64,000 nucleotides of DNA from Perna viridis. Lineage: Eukaryota. Position 1 is the stretch's first letter; every line of letters starts with the position of its first letter. The notes beneath the pieces were generated by a model. That model had not been told where the DNA came from. It made no database searches and saw only the letters and a list, made by a program, of their open reading frames with translations. The position numbers and the translations under genes are program-made. Location: contig CM074514.1 in NCBI GenBank assembly GCA_037379345.1, positions 10,850,001-10,914,000 of the forward strand. Reading direction: 5' to 3'. Shown here piece after piece: positions 48,501-61,134 of this stretch.

Positions 48501-51500
48501 TTGTCATTTTTTTGTGTTAATCTGTTAGGCCAGGTTGTAATTATTGCCTTTTTTTGACGTTCGTTCTTTATTTTTAATATTATTTTTTTTTAAATCTTCT
48601 CCTCTGAAACTACCAGACCAATTAGAACCAAACAAGGTAAGAATATTCCTCAGGTACTGTACATAAATCAAATGTGAGGATTTTTTATAGTTCGAAAAAC
48701 ATGGGCGCTGGTACTAAAAATAGAACAAAGGGGGTAAGTCAGTTTTTCTCATCCATCTCAAAAACTGTAAGGTTTAGCCAAATTATTTCAGTTGCCGAAA
48801 TGATCCTTATTATAAGACCTACAAAAGTCTGCAGGGGGGTCAAAGTTGTCGGAAGACTCCTTGTCAGAGTTATTGCCCTTGAAAGGTGAAAAATTACGTT
48901 TTTATCGTTTTCAGCCAATATCTGGAAATCTATGATAGAGGGAAAAACTTTCAATTGCTGAAATGATCTTGTAAGGCTTACAAGTCTGCAGGGGATCAAA
49001 GTTGATGGACGATTCCTTGTTAGAGTTATTTCCCTTGAAAGGCGAAAACTGATGTTTTTAGCAGTTTTCAGTCATTGTCTTGATAACCAATAAATAGAAA
49101 CTTTCAGTTGATTAAATGATCCTTATGGTAAGTCGTACCAAAGTCTTCTTGAGTCAAAATTGTCGGACAACACCTTGTTAGACTTAAATCCCTTGAAAGG
49201 CACAACTTTAACCAGGTGAGCCTCTTGTTTTTATTAACATCGATTCGCAAATATGGCCTTTACAAAGACACGAACACACTATATTTAAAAGCAGTTTTCG
49301 GCATGACATGGGTTGTGTCCTTATTGTATGACTTATGATATAACGTGATTCTCAACCCCGTATGAGAGGAACTGGAATCGATATTACATACGGAGAGGGC
49401 ATAACTTTTTGTAGGTTTAAACTGGTATGGAGCTAGCATGTCAGTTAACTACTAGAAGTCCTTTGCATAATCAGTCTCTTTCTTTTTTTGTGTTAACAAG
49501 GGAACTTTTTGAACTGGTTTTAATGTCATGTGGTATGAGGGTTTCCTCGTCGTTCATTGAATACCTATGAGTGGACTTGAGCTGCCATTTTTCATCCCGG
49601 TGGGGGTTGTTGTCTCTTTGACATATTCACCATATTCATTCTCGTTATATCAATCCATTATCTGATTATATGCCATTTGATCTGAAGTGACATATCTACT
49701 GTTAATCAACCATTTTACGCTTCAGGATGCGAAAAATGCTCGCAAAAATAAGTTACTCTATGTAGATTGTACATTAACCTCTCAGTTCTAGACAAAGTAC
49801 ACTTAGCTGCGCACCACAAAACATTACAAAAATTCGTATGTCTGAGAACAGTCTTAACTTCCATGGTAAAACCAAACATAATATTTGAAATTCATGACGT
49901 CAGAAACATTTAAGAACATTCTTAGACCTAAGTACTAGTTTCTTTTCTTTTTGTTTAAGTTTTGCGGTGCCGCATGGGACCAGTCTCATTTCTGGTAAGA
50001 AACATAAATTGAATAATTACTAGAAACTGCTTACCATTTAAAACTAGATTGTTTCCATCTTTACAAGCTAATGGTCCACCAACATCTCCCTGCGAGAGAA
50101 TAAATCAGTTAGATTGTGTTGAAATTTTAATTATATCCCCGGTTTGACAATGATTTTTATTATACGCCCGTAAATGAAGTATGGGTATATAGGTTTCACC
50201 CTGTCTGTCCGTAGGTCCGACCGTCTCTCTGAACTATTTACTAAGCAGATTGGAACATTTTATGAAACTTAGTGGGGTGAAATATAACCACATGGATATG
50301 TGGATACTGTCAGGAATTTATGTTTGGACAAAAATTGCAAGAACAATGGATTTTGAACTTGGACGTTTTTCAGCAAAACTTCGTCAAATGCAATGCTCAC
50401 AACTCCTTTACCTTATGACTTGCGGGATTGTTATGAAATTCAATGGAGTGTTAGATTACTATATGGAGATGTGCATTTTGTCATGAATTAGTCATATTCT
50501 GTAATCGTGTTGTTAAAAAGTACTGATTGCAGTCTTCGTACGTATTCTTTTGTTTATTGTTTTGTATTTTGTTATGTGTGTGTGTGTGTTTTCCTGTCTG
50601 GAGCAAACTGTGTCAAAAGTGCGTAGTCTATCCACCATGAAAAATTATGTCCAATATAAATCATGTCTACACTGGTTCCCAAATGTACATGGTTTAACAG
50701 GCTAAGATTATTTTTATAAGAATTTAGAGTCAATAAGTAGCACTCCATCTAAGAATCATGCAAAATGTGATTCATGTTTGGAAAGCCTACATATTTTTAT
50801 TTTTTAATATTTTGTTTGAAATATTATAGTAAACAGTTAATAACATGTGGCTTTTCATATAACTATTACCCTTGTTAATGGGAGATAAAAGTATACAGAA
50901 TGTACTGATGGATAAACAATATAGAGAGATGATTATACAAACGACACTAAAATGCAATAGAAACTATTGGATTTTCAATATTTTATACCTTATAAGTATC
51001 TACACCGCCTTCTCCCCAGCAGGTAATAAAAATGTCCAAACTGTCCTCAACGCCTCTCTTTTCGCCGCAGATCATGTTAAACTTGTGAAAATCGCCGTGT
51101 GGAAAATCCATGTAACATTTTACATCTGGGTAAAGCTCTACTCCGGTGTCCTTGAGACCTTTCATAGCCATTCCTGTGGGAAATAGTAAAATGACAACAC
51201 ACAAGCTGATACATATATTAAAAACGATTTTTAAAAAATTCAAAACCACCAAGTGAAATAACATATGTAGCTATGTCTGAATAAAACCTAGTATCTACTG
51301 TTTGACCTTACAACGCATGTTTAACTTACTGAATTATCCCCGTGCAGGTCCGGGTGTTAAAAGAATAGGTCTGCAGCAGCACTAAGCTTGTCGTAAAAGG
51401 CGATTAAATAGTGCTCAGAACCCTAGCCGGGGGCTAGGGCGCTCTGCCCACAGAGCAACTGGGATGTGTGCCCCAAGTGGTTGAATGGGGTACCCCTGGC

Positions 51501-54500
51501 ATGTTACATGCTGGGGTTGTCAGGCTATAATACGGAAAACCTGACCGCAAACCATAGTGGTGCACCATGTTGGGAAAGATGCCACGTTCCTCGCACGTTA
51601 AAGAACCCTACTGTGGTATTCTCCCGGAGTAGGAACCATAGGGCTCCGCCACAGGAGGCTAAATTGTCTGACCCTACCCAACTCTCCCTATTTCCAGTAG
51701 CAATCAAAATTTGTCGACCCCATTGTCCTTGTGTCCCATCTCTTTTTCATTTCATCATCATTTCATGCTCATTTTATCATCAATTTCATGTTCATCGTCT
51801 GAATATAGCTGAAATATTGCTGCTCGGACGTTAAACCCCAACAAACAAACAAACAAACAAACTTACTGAATTGTACATAGAATCCAACTCTTAATATTAT
51901 TTACTTACTTACTGTGTACATGGAGTTAACGCGGGAAATGTTTTCAATGGATATCAATTTTGGTCGTTATCGTGATTTAGTCAAACTATGCTCGATTTTA
52001 AAGTCTTAATAAATTGTTATTTGTTTTTGTTAGAAACTTACGGTCTTTACTAAAATTCTTAAACTAAAACTCCCCGAACATAAGAAATGTTGACACGCAC
52101 AGATGTACATGTAAGGCATTCGTGTTAGGATATATGCTGTATAACCAAATAACAGTATGACCCGTTGAAGTACTTTTTAATACAATGTTCAGACTTGTCT
52201 ATTAGTACATGTAGGTGAAAAACATAGAGGGATTTCTTGTACGAACTGAGAGCAATATATATAGTGGATATTTTGCACACACGTTGCCACTAATGAAACC
52301 GAGTTTATCTGACTAACGAAACTTTTCTGAAATTCTGGCTTAAATCAGAAAATGACACTCGAGTTTTTTTCAAAAAAAGTTTTGCAAATGTGCGATACAC
52401 AGGTGTTTATGTCTTGAATTCCGGCATTGTGAGTATGCCATAGCATGCATTACTATCACGTTAAAAAAAGATATGAAAGTAGAAATGCAACTGAAATAAT
52501 ACTAGAAAGATGACCAACCTCCAATAAACGTGAAAGGACGCCAGTTAGAAATAATACAGTCCTCATTGATGTAGTTCACACTTGGTTTACTGGTGAGTTC
52601 AATAGGCTGTACACCTGGGTTTGCTACAACATCCTCGGCTAAATAAATGATGGCTAGGTCGTTATGATTGCTCGAACGGTTATACTCGGGGTGAAATATA
52701 GTTTTCTTTGCTCTATACGTGTGTTCGTATATTGTCAAGTTTTGCTCAGTGGACATTGGGTAATATTTGCCGACTACTACTTCAGTTACAGTTAAGTTAT
52801 CAAATTCCTCCAACCTAATTGAAAAACGAGTAAACTGCCAGACTAAGTAAATTGTACACGAACATTAATGTACTAAGAAAATGTGAATCAATACAAATTA
52901 CAGACAAGACATATACACGACATGACTATGTTTTATTGGTGACAGTTTTACAAAAATACTCGAAAAGGCTAGTATTTGTTACGACAAAAGGGTTGATTCG
53001 CAAAATACAAGTGCTTGAATTTACAAAAGAAACTTGATCCGAAATAAACTAACCATGAATTAAGTTCTCGGTTTATTTGTTATTGTATTGTATAGTTTTC
53101 TGAGGGCGTTTTCCAAACGCTTTTGAATTTTTTTGTTACAAGTATAAGCATGGGTAACTTATCACGTCCAATTTTTTTTCACATTTATTTCAGTTCCCCA
53201 TGTCTAACCTCAAGTTAAGATATTCAGAAAGAGCTTAAGTATGGAGATCCTTTACTTAAGCACAACAGAACAACGAAATATTGTCTGCCTTTCATTCTTA
53301 TCAATTATCTTCGAATTTTTTTTTAATGCAAAAAATGTACTTTTTTTTAATTAGGCATTGTTTCGCAATAATTTTAGAAAACCCATTAAAAAAATCTTTT
53401 ACGGTAAAACAATTATCCTAACATGTCTTAATTTCTTATGACTTAAAGATAGGAAGCTCAACGACATTAACAATGTATCCTATAGGTCTGTGGCTAACAA
53501 TACAAACACTTACTTGAAACAACTAGCAGCTGTAAGAACGACAATTTTATCATCTCCTGTACGTACCAAAGAACCACCACAGAAACTGTGATTGTCCTGA
53601 TATTGGATGGAGACCTGAAATGACGGTCTTTAGTCTAAGTTAATAATGTTTCAAATATAATTGCTTGATGTACTAAATACACGCGTCATATTCATCTTAA
53701 AACGATTTTTAGAAAATTCAATATTTTTTCCTAAGACTTAATCTTTATTTTACCATTACAGCTCTTCATTAACTTATATTAATCTTACATTTTTGATTGT
53801 TTGTTTTGTCCTCAACTCATTCACTCAAGTGAATTTACAGTTATTAATTACAATGTGTAGTGTCAGCACAATGCAACTGCATCTTATATGTATAAGTTAT
53901 TAGCCATAAAAAAGTATGCAATAGTAAGTTTTAGATACATGTACATGTTGTATTCTTGCGACCTTGAATGTAATGCCCGCCTTCTAGGACTTGTAATCCA
54001 CCTTCATTCCTCGAATGAAAGTGTGATATTTTTAATGTTATTGCGGTGAAAAATCCAACAGACTAAAAATTACAATTTGCATGTTTATGTTACATCCTTA
54101 CAAATTCATTTTGGGGACATTTTTAGTTGAAATGTACGCAACAAACCTAGATTATCATTCTTTGCATTTTATCAAAGGTTATTCGGTTCATCAGATGGAC
54201 CGAAAACATACACGATGCTTTTATAACACCTTTATTAAGGTTCCACTAAAGTCAAAATCTAGGACATTAACTAGACAAAATACGTCATTTTTTCAAGAAT
54301 GCAATTATTAACAACTATATTTTGCAAATGATATAAGTGTAAACATCAATTTTAAAAGACGAGAAAGGTTTTTGTTTGGAAATGCAAAAATATTCTTAAA
54401 AACCTAGTGCAGTGCAAGCTACCACTAACTTGTAACAAATTACTAGATTTAAATAAAAATTCAGATATTTTTGTCTGTATTGATGTTGGTAACTAGCTGG

Positions 54501-57314
54501 ACCATAGCAAAATAATCTGAATTTATTTGAATATAAAGAAATCACAATTTGTTCAAGCAAAGCAATGCTAGGCTGTAATGCATACCACTTTTAGGAGCAG
54601 GAATATATAAATTTCAGACCCTTTAAAAATCTTGAATTATTTCTGGGCTCAATGTATTATACTATTGTAAGCTGTTATCACAAAGATAAGTCTGGCCTGT
54701 TAGATATTGTTAATATGATGCTGTGTTTGTTATATATTATTTTTTCGTGTTGCTTTCGTATTTTGTATAATAATTTGAACTTAGCATAAGCGGTTCATGT
54801 TTAAATGAACTCATCAGAAAACTTAACGTTAAGTTTGTGGACGCCGTCGCCTCTTCCACCGTCGTCGCCGGAAAAGCAAATTTAAACCTAGCAGGCGAGG
54901 CAAAAACTACGAATGAAAACTGTCAATGATATTGACTTTAGCAGAACCTTAATACACAGCATAACTGAATGTGCTTAATAGAATTACCCGACAATAGTAC
55001 TGGTTTGGTTGCACATCAGAGCCCTCAGTTATATTCACTGTTTCGTGAGCTGCAAAACAAGGGTGTACAAATTTTATTAGTCTATACAACTGAAAACATA
55101 TTTACATGTTAAGGTTCATTATTATTTTTTGCCAAATGCGGGATCAATTTCATCACGAATTCCCTTCTGACAACAAGACAAACCTGCGAATCGAGAAAAC
55201 TTTAAAGACAGAGCTTGCCTTTGATATGAAAAAAAGATACTAGAATGATGGCGATTCGAACAGACGGGCAGGTATACCTCTGGCTATGAAATCGTTAACT
55301 GGGGTGTTCCACATGGATGTAAGTAAGCTCCGAAAGGCCACGACAGCACAAGTAATAATACGGTAACGGAACAATTCTTCAGCCGCATATCTTGACCTAC
55401 ACTTAGAGATCTATAGTAAAGAAAACTATTTCTGAACTGAATTTGGACTGTAGTAACGTCAAGTACTAACTAGTTAGATGCATTGCAATACTCAGAAATG
55501 ACTTGTTTCATATGTAGAGGTGACATTAGGGGTCGAATATCTCTATTTGTGAAAATAAGCAATACCGATAATTTGATAATCATATCCTTTACAAGTTATT
55601 CTATTAAGGATGGTGATTAATCCATCGAATTTTGTTTTAGAGTAAGTTGACTCTGAATCAGAGTTTGTTAAGTGAATTAAAATATCAAATTTCTTTTTTA
55701 ATGAGTCTATTCTTATTGGATGTTACTATGTACCACATGAGGGTTCAATAACTTCTTCGGATAAATGTTTTATTGAAATTGATGATCACAATCAAGCTGG
55801 AGAAGTAGTAGAATTCCGCGAGGATCCGATCTCGGTCCCAATCTCTTCGTTCTTTTATCAACGGTTATCTCGAAAATTTATATGTTTGCTGACGACACCA
55901 AGCTATTTCGTGAGAGATCAAACACCAAATGATAAAACTATAACGAGAAATGAATGAATTTTTCGATTGGAGCAAAACATGGATGCTAAGATTTGACCCT
56001 GGTAAGTGCAAAGTGGGGTCAAATCTATTACCAATAAGAGAAAAGGAAACAGAAAAAGACCCGCCAGACTACAATATGAATAAATACGAAAGGGTAACAT
56101 TATCCTGGAGAAAGTTGCTCTGGAAAACCTTTGACAAGAGTCTGTCGTTTGCAAACTACATCCAGAATCAAGTGAACAAAGCCAACCAGATAGCAGGCCT
56201 CACCCACCGGTCTTTTACACATATCGACAACCGTACATTTACCATGCTGTTTAAGGCACTGGTCAGACCGAATCTGGAATATGCGAACAGTATTTAGTCT
56301 CCCTTCCGAAAACAGATATTGCAAGCATTGAGAATGTATAAAAACAAGCACGACTTAGGCAATACCGTCTCTTTAGATATCTCACTTACAAGGAACGTCT
56401 GTGGAGGCTCAAGTTACCAACACTCCGCTTTCGCCGTCAACGTGGTGACATGATAGAAGTGTTCAAGAGTTTGACCAAACTTTACGACAAAAGAGTTACC
56501 AACGACTTGTTCGAACTCAATACCAACGAGTTGACTAGAGGTAATTTTCTCAAACTAGTGCGCAAACTAAAAGAGTAATCAAGGGAACCAAGGTTATAGC
56601 TGTAATCCAGGGACAAAGACCTAAAAAAAGCTAAATGACGATGATGTCTTAGTCCCTAACGCGAGAATCCAAGGACTTAATCTATATATATTATATGATG
56701 ACATTACATGAGGATGTGATTTGCAGTTCTACCAAATCATTGAAAATGATAAATCTCCAGGTCTGGATATTGTACCGAGTAGTTGGACAGTGGGTAGAAT
56801 TCGACCCGTGTATAAAAACCAGGGAAATAACCCACATTACTTCAGAACTGTTCACTTCGATACTAAACACTAGACTAACGTGCTTTGCTGTAAAAAAAAT
56901 AAAGTTGCATTCAGAAAGGACATTCAACTACAGACAACCTGTTTATTTTGAATCCCCTCAACTTGTATCGATACATCAACCCAAGGAAAAAAATGTATTT
57001 TGTCGACATCGCTATGTGATTGAGTCCCACATGGTTGAAAGGTTTCAATGCGCTTACTATGGCCCGAGGGTATCATCGATCCAGCCTGGAATATCAAGTT
57101 TTCCTCTCCCACGAGCCTGGTGATCATGCGAGAAACTCATATTAGCAAAACAGCCTTAAATCTCTCCATTGGTTAAAAAGTTCTACAGATATTACAATGT
57201 ATGCTGATATAATTTACATTTACCTTTAATGGATATGGATTTGTAGTACGACCAATTTAAAAAGTACTTACCAAAAACTACTCCAAATAGTGCAAGACAA
57301 ATCAAAATTTCCAT
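45528..57314 (-). CDS. Secreted trypsin-fold (S1A) serine protease homologue, predicted catalytically inactive, 281 aa
   Basis: 7 phase-consistent GT-AG exons: 57272-57314 (signal MEILICLALFGVVFA), 54988-55049, 53514-53614 (FCGGSL...VLTAASC), 52519-52814 (HPEY...NDLAII), 50989-51173 (NMICG), 50035-50089 (GDVGGPLAC), 45528-45631 (GVTSWGIDC...IYTDI...WL). Total 846 nt, no internal stops. Confidence 0.9.
46180..47424 (+). mobile_element. Penelope-like retroelement remnant (RT with stops/deletions plus intact 3' end) in intron 6 of the protease homologue
   Basis: YWVPKLYKSPYQYRFI, SFDFSTLYNTLQH, GIPMG.CAPL.VDLFL and RLKSLLQKFYGRHHELVDR motifs. ORF stop at ~47141, then a structured UTR and a defined terminus without poly(A). 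Confidence 0.85.
47530..49660 (+). mobile_element. Second, older Penelope-like RT C-terminal fragment, interrupted by a HINE at 48001-49229
   Basis: FLDLSIHILNGKPNTKMYD*RDDFS...SDGDVPLPPS and FARICNKVSNFNERN...KLLHQGF remnants. The sequence appears to resume after 49229. Confidence 0.6.
48001..49229 (-). mobile_element. Helentron-associated interspersed element (HINE/DINE-like) with internal tandem repeats
   Basis: Inserted in a T-run. Termini TTTTAGCCCACTTGG... and ...AACCAGGTGAGCCTCTTGTT. Internal ~170-bp repeats are the inverse of those at 62480-63990. Confidence 0.7.
50155..50490 (-). mobile_element. HINE-like end fragment
   Basis: TTTTTATTATACGCCCG...GGGTATATAG hairpin, GTCC/GTCT microsatellite remnants and two degenerate ATGAAACTT.../GGATATGTG repeats. 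Confidence 0.45.
51336..51859 (+). mobile_element. SINE-like retroelement, copy 3, antisense in intron 4 of the protease homologue
   Basis: 13-bp TSD AACTTACTGAATT at 51323-51335 and 51860-51872. Same head and tail as copies 1 and 2. Confidence 0.93.
55870..56560 (+). mobile_element. CR1-like LINE 3' fragment (decayed RT) in intron 1 of the protease homologue
   Basis: MFADDTKLF, WSKTWMLRFDPGKCKV, LFKALVRPNLEYA, and LTYKERLWRLKLPTLRFRRQRGDMIEVFK motifs with frameshifts and stops. Confidence 0.85.
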
Positions 57315-57368
57315 TTGAACAGTTCGAGAAACAAATCACTCACTAAAACTTCTCGCCGGGTAGATCAC

Positions 57369-57376
57369 TTTATATA
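57369..57376 (-). promoter_or_regulatory. TATA box of the protease-homologue gene
   Basis: Minus-strand TATATAAA 55 nt upstream of the ATG at 57314. Confidence 0.55.
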
Positions 57377-58339
57377 CACGTATCATTTCGGGGATTTTAT
57401 TGTCCTCCGGGTACTCATTGTATGGGATTTGATTTTTCGCTCACTAATCATGTCTTGTAGTACTATTTTATAGTAAATTGTTCTCTATGATCATTTCACA
57501 AGACATGAACCACAGACGTTAAATTTACAAATTTGGGGAAAATTCTAAAGGTTTTATCAAATCTTATTCTGCCATATAATTTACTGCATAGTTGATTGAC
57601 ATTGAACCAACTCCTTTATATATTTGCTTATATCAGATCTTGAATTTTTTAGTAAGAATGTTTTTTTTTTTCAGATTGACTTGGACAATATTTTTACAAA
57701 ATAAACCCTCTTTGACAGCAAACTGGCTATTCACGTTGTTCCTTTCTTTGTGAGATATACAACTAAAGCTGTCAGATTAATGTCTATCGCCATTTAATCC
57801 ACTTGTTCAAGGTTTTATACATTAACATTTTCAATAATTCGTATGATCACATTTTATATTGTAATTGCTTTAACCATTTTTATTATAATAAAAGTTTATT
57901 GTTATCATTTTTGCAAACATGTCGTATTGTATATTGTACATATGTCTTAAGTATTCGATAATTATATACATGTACAAAAACAAAGAGGAATTCAATATAA
58001 GTTTGACTGTTTGATTAGTCAGTTGACTGTAGTTTTTTGCCATAATGCAGATAGCAAGAATTTCAGGTTGAGCCTAAATTTTAATGAAGCAACAGCCCGC
58101 AGGTGGTCGTGTCATCCAAATCCAAACCCTAGTATTGTGAGGATGCTTTATCATATGCCATGTGTTTCCAACACTCAAGTCAAGCACGCTAACACGAGAC
58201 ACGAAGTTGTTACATAAGGAAGGAAAACATTTGTTTCCAACAGAAAGGGAAAGTAGGAAAAGTTTAATCGAGATAGTCGGTGGCTGTTTCTAGAAAAGCA
58301 GAGGACGCTTACCCTACCGGTGCACCTGGTCCATATTCT

Positions 58340-58740
58340 AAGTTACAGACCGGACAAGAAATTACCATGTAAAACTTAATAATTTAACCTCAAGGTCAAA
58401 GTTCAAGGCCGAATTTCATCATCAATGGTGCACGACACTTCGTCTGAAATAATCTATCTACATGCAAAGTATCAAAAGCCTATCTCATAAGACAAAAAGG
58501 TTACAGACCGGACAAGAAATTACCATTTAAAATCAGTAATTTTACCTCAAGGTCGAAGGTCATCATCAATGGTACGCGACACTTCGTCTTGAGGTGACAT
58601 ATCCACATGCAAAATATCAAAAGCCTATCTCAAAAGACAAAAGTTATAGTCGGGACAAGATTTCGTAACGGATTGACGGACGGACGGACAGAGCAATTAC
58701 TATAGGGCGCCTGCTACTTTTTGTGGCGGAGCCCTAATAA
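58340..58740 (+). mobile_element. HINE-like element end with ~160-bp tandem units
   Basis: Two units starting GTTACAGACCGGACAAGAAATTACCAT (58342, 58500), a GACG microsatellite, and a terminal hairpin AGGGCGCCTGCTAC...GTGGCGGAGCCCT. Confidence 0.65.
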
Positions 58741-60976
58741 TTCTGTAAAAGAATTGGTTGCTGCTCTCATTTGGTCTGCAAGTATGTTTGATACTATTTT
58801 GAGAGGAAATTTTCAAAGTAAGGTTGATGTGGTAGTTAATTATTTCTCCATTAAAAACAATTTGCCTAGTCCTAAGCTTTGCTCTGTGAATGAGGTATTA
58901 TTTGTAGGTCATCTGACCTATTTTAGGTGGGATGTTGACAGACTCATCAATTCAAATATGGTGGTAGCATACCTACCTGAGAAACCAGGTAGGACATAAA
59001 AAGTGACCTAATATCGATATGGTTGCAAAAATTAACAGTCAATCAAGCATGAAAAATGGATTAGATGATCCCAATTTTTCAGCATAACAGTACATGCTTA
59101 AGTGAATCTGGATATTAAACAATATTGTAGGATTTTTGTTTGTCAGAAGTAATACTTAACACCATTATAAATTAAAGTTTGTTTTAAAAATACAAACTAG
59201 AAGTTTGCGGCGCGGTCGTCGTCGACGGCGGGCGCAGTGTGATGACAAAATCTTACATACCAAGTTTCGTAGAATTCTGCCCAGTTGTTTTCAGAAGAGT
59301 TGCGCTGACGAACTTTGTGACAGACACACAGACAGGCGTAAAACAATATGTCTCCCCACCAGAGTGGAGGGAGACATAATATAGTACATGATGGTATCAG
59401 TTCTAGTACATGAAGAAGCAAGTCAGACATTATTCAACCAGAGTGTCAAGCATGAAAAGTACGTCAAAGTTATCTCTCTTTGTGGGATACTGACATTCTT
59501 TTTAGTTGCAACCACATATCTGCAGTATTGCATCTTGGGAATTAAATTTTGATGTTTTAACAAGGTTAAATAAAGCTTGATATGTAGGTCAAATCGACTT
59601 TTTTTCTTTGATAGTTATTTCACACTATATGATGGCAGTGCAATTATTATCTGAGAAATCAAGTCCGATGTAATATTGTTCCTATGTAGCATTACATTTT
59701 ACATACATGTAACTTAAAAACCATTTCACCTTGAAATATCTATGTCTTGTGACTTCAATTTTGAGGACAATTTAGGCCAGTCTACGAAGAATATATGTAT
59801 ATATATATATATATAGCAATTAGCTAGAAATGACTGTGGAATTGTCACTTGTTTGTAACGGAGGTTTCACATCTTGCTACCAGGTGTGGTTTCACATGTT
59901 GAACACATGTTGAAGACCTAGTGGAAACCATCAATTGAAATTTTCGTTGTATTTTCTGCAATTTTGGTCGCTTTTGCTACATCTCTCTGTATCCTTTCTC
60001 TTTATATTGATTGTATTCTTGTTAAATATATTCCATTAGAATTGATTATCCTTTTGTTTGAGGAATATAAAAATACAAAATTAAGTATTTACATGTAAGC
60101 GTTTATTATCTGTAGAAAACACATACGTTCATTTACATGTATACATAACTAGATGGAGTTTTCCAGGGAAGACGTGTCGCCTGCTTTCTAAGTAAACATG
60201 TAAAAAAGTAGATGAGCCACAGTCATGAAAACGTAATAACGTGACACACTACAGTACTTACTATATGATAAAACACCCTGTAAAATTTTCCCCTAAGTGT
60301 AAAATACGTAAGTCTTCCGTAAACAGGAAGTAGATGAGTGGCAGCCATGAAAATGGCATACATGGTATAGAACTATACAGGATAAAACATTCTGTAAAAT
60401 ATCTAAGCTCTACTCCATGTGGTTGCTGAGAACACTGCGATGAGAATTTTGTATATGTCCACTATGTGTGAAATAGCTAAGTATATATTCAGGTGGCATT
60501 TGACTAGTGAAGTGCGTGCGGGAATTGTAAACTACGAAATGCCACTAAGACAGGCTAAAGCGAGATGGCGTCCGTGTTTTTTTACATACTTTTCACTCGT
60601 AAGCCGGTGATGCCGATTCGCCCCTAGCCTGGTCACATGATCGGGTCATACAAATATAGTTCGCCTACGTATTACTCATGCGTGTGTCGTCAGAGGATCC
60701 TGTGAACTTTGAACTGGTTTCCATACTTTGATGTGATCAGTACCAGTTTGATTACTGGTTTAAAAATTCTTACACTTTTGAATTATTGTTGCTAGGGAAC
60801 TATTAGATAAAGTTTTTGAACGTCCCTGTAAATAAACAAAATGGAAAGAAACGGACTGATAAATTGTGTCGAAGAAAGAATTAGGGAAAGTGTAAAGAAT
60901 AGAAGCACAGGCCTTTGGAACCAGGATTTTTTTTATATATAAAAAAATATTAAATCATTTTCTGTCCATATTTGAG

Positions 60977-61134
60977 TTATTATGTGTGTTCTCAGACATG
61001 TCCGCTCTCTATTTAATGTTGTTTATACTATGTCCAGTTTTTCGTCTATCTACTAGAGAAGGAGATGGACGAAAAACTGGGCATAGTATAAGCAACATTA
61101 AATAGCAAGACATGTCTGAGAAAACACATAATAA
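60977..61134. repeat. ~158-bp long inverted repeat (hairpin / palindromic MITE)
   Basis: TTATTATGTGTGTTCTCAGACATGTC...CCAGTTTTTCGTCTATCT pairs with AGATGGACGAAAAACTGG...GACATGTCTGAGAAAACACATAATAA. Confidence 0.85.

Noticed and set aside
51466-51834. 122-aa ORF and related 60-106-aa ORFs in the SINE copies
   Set aside because: Not conserved across copies (TGA at ~34192 in copy 1, non-ATG starts) and no recognisable domain.
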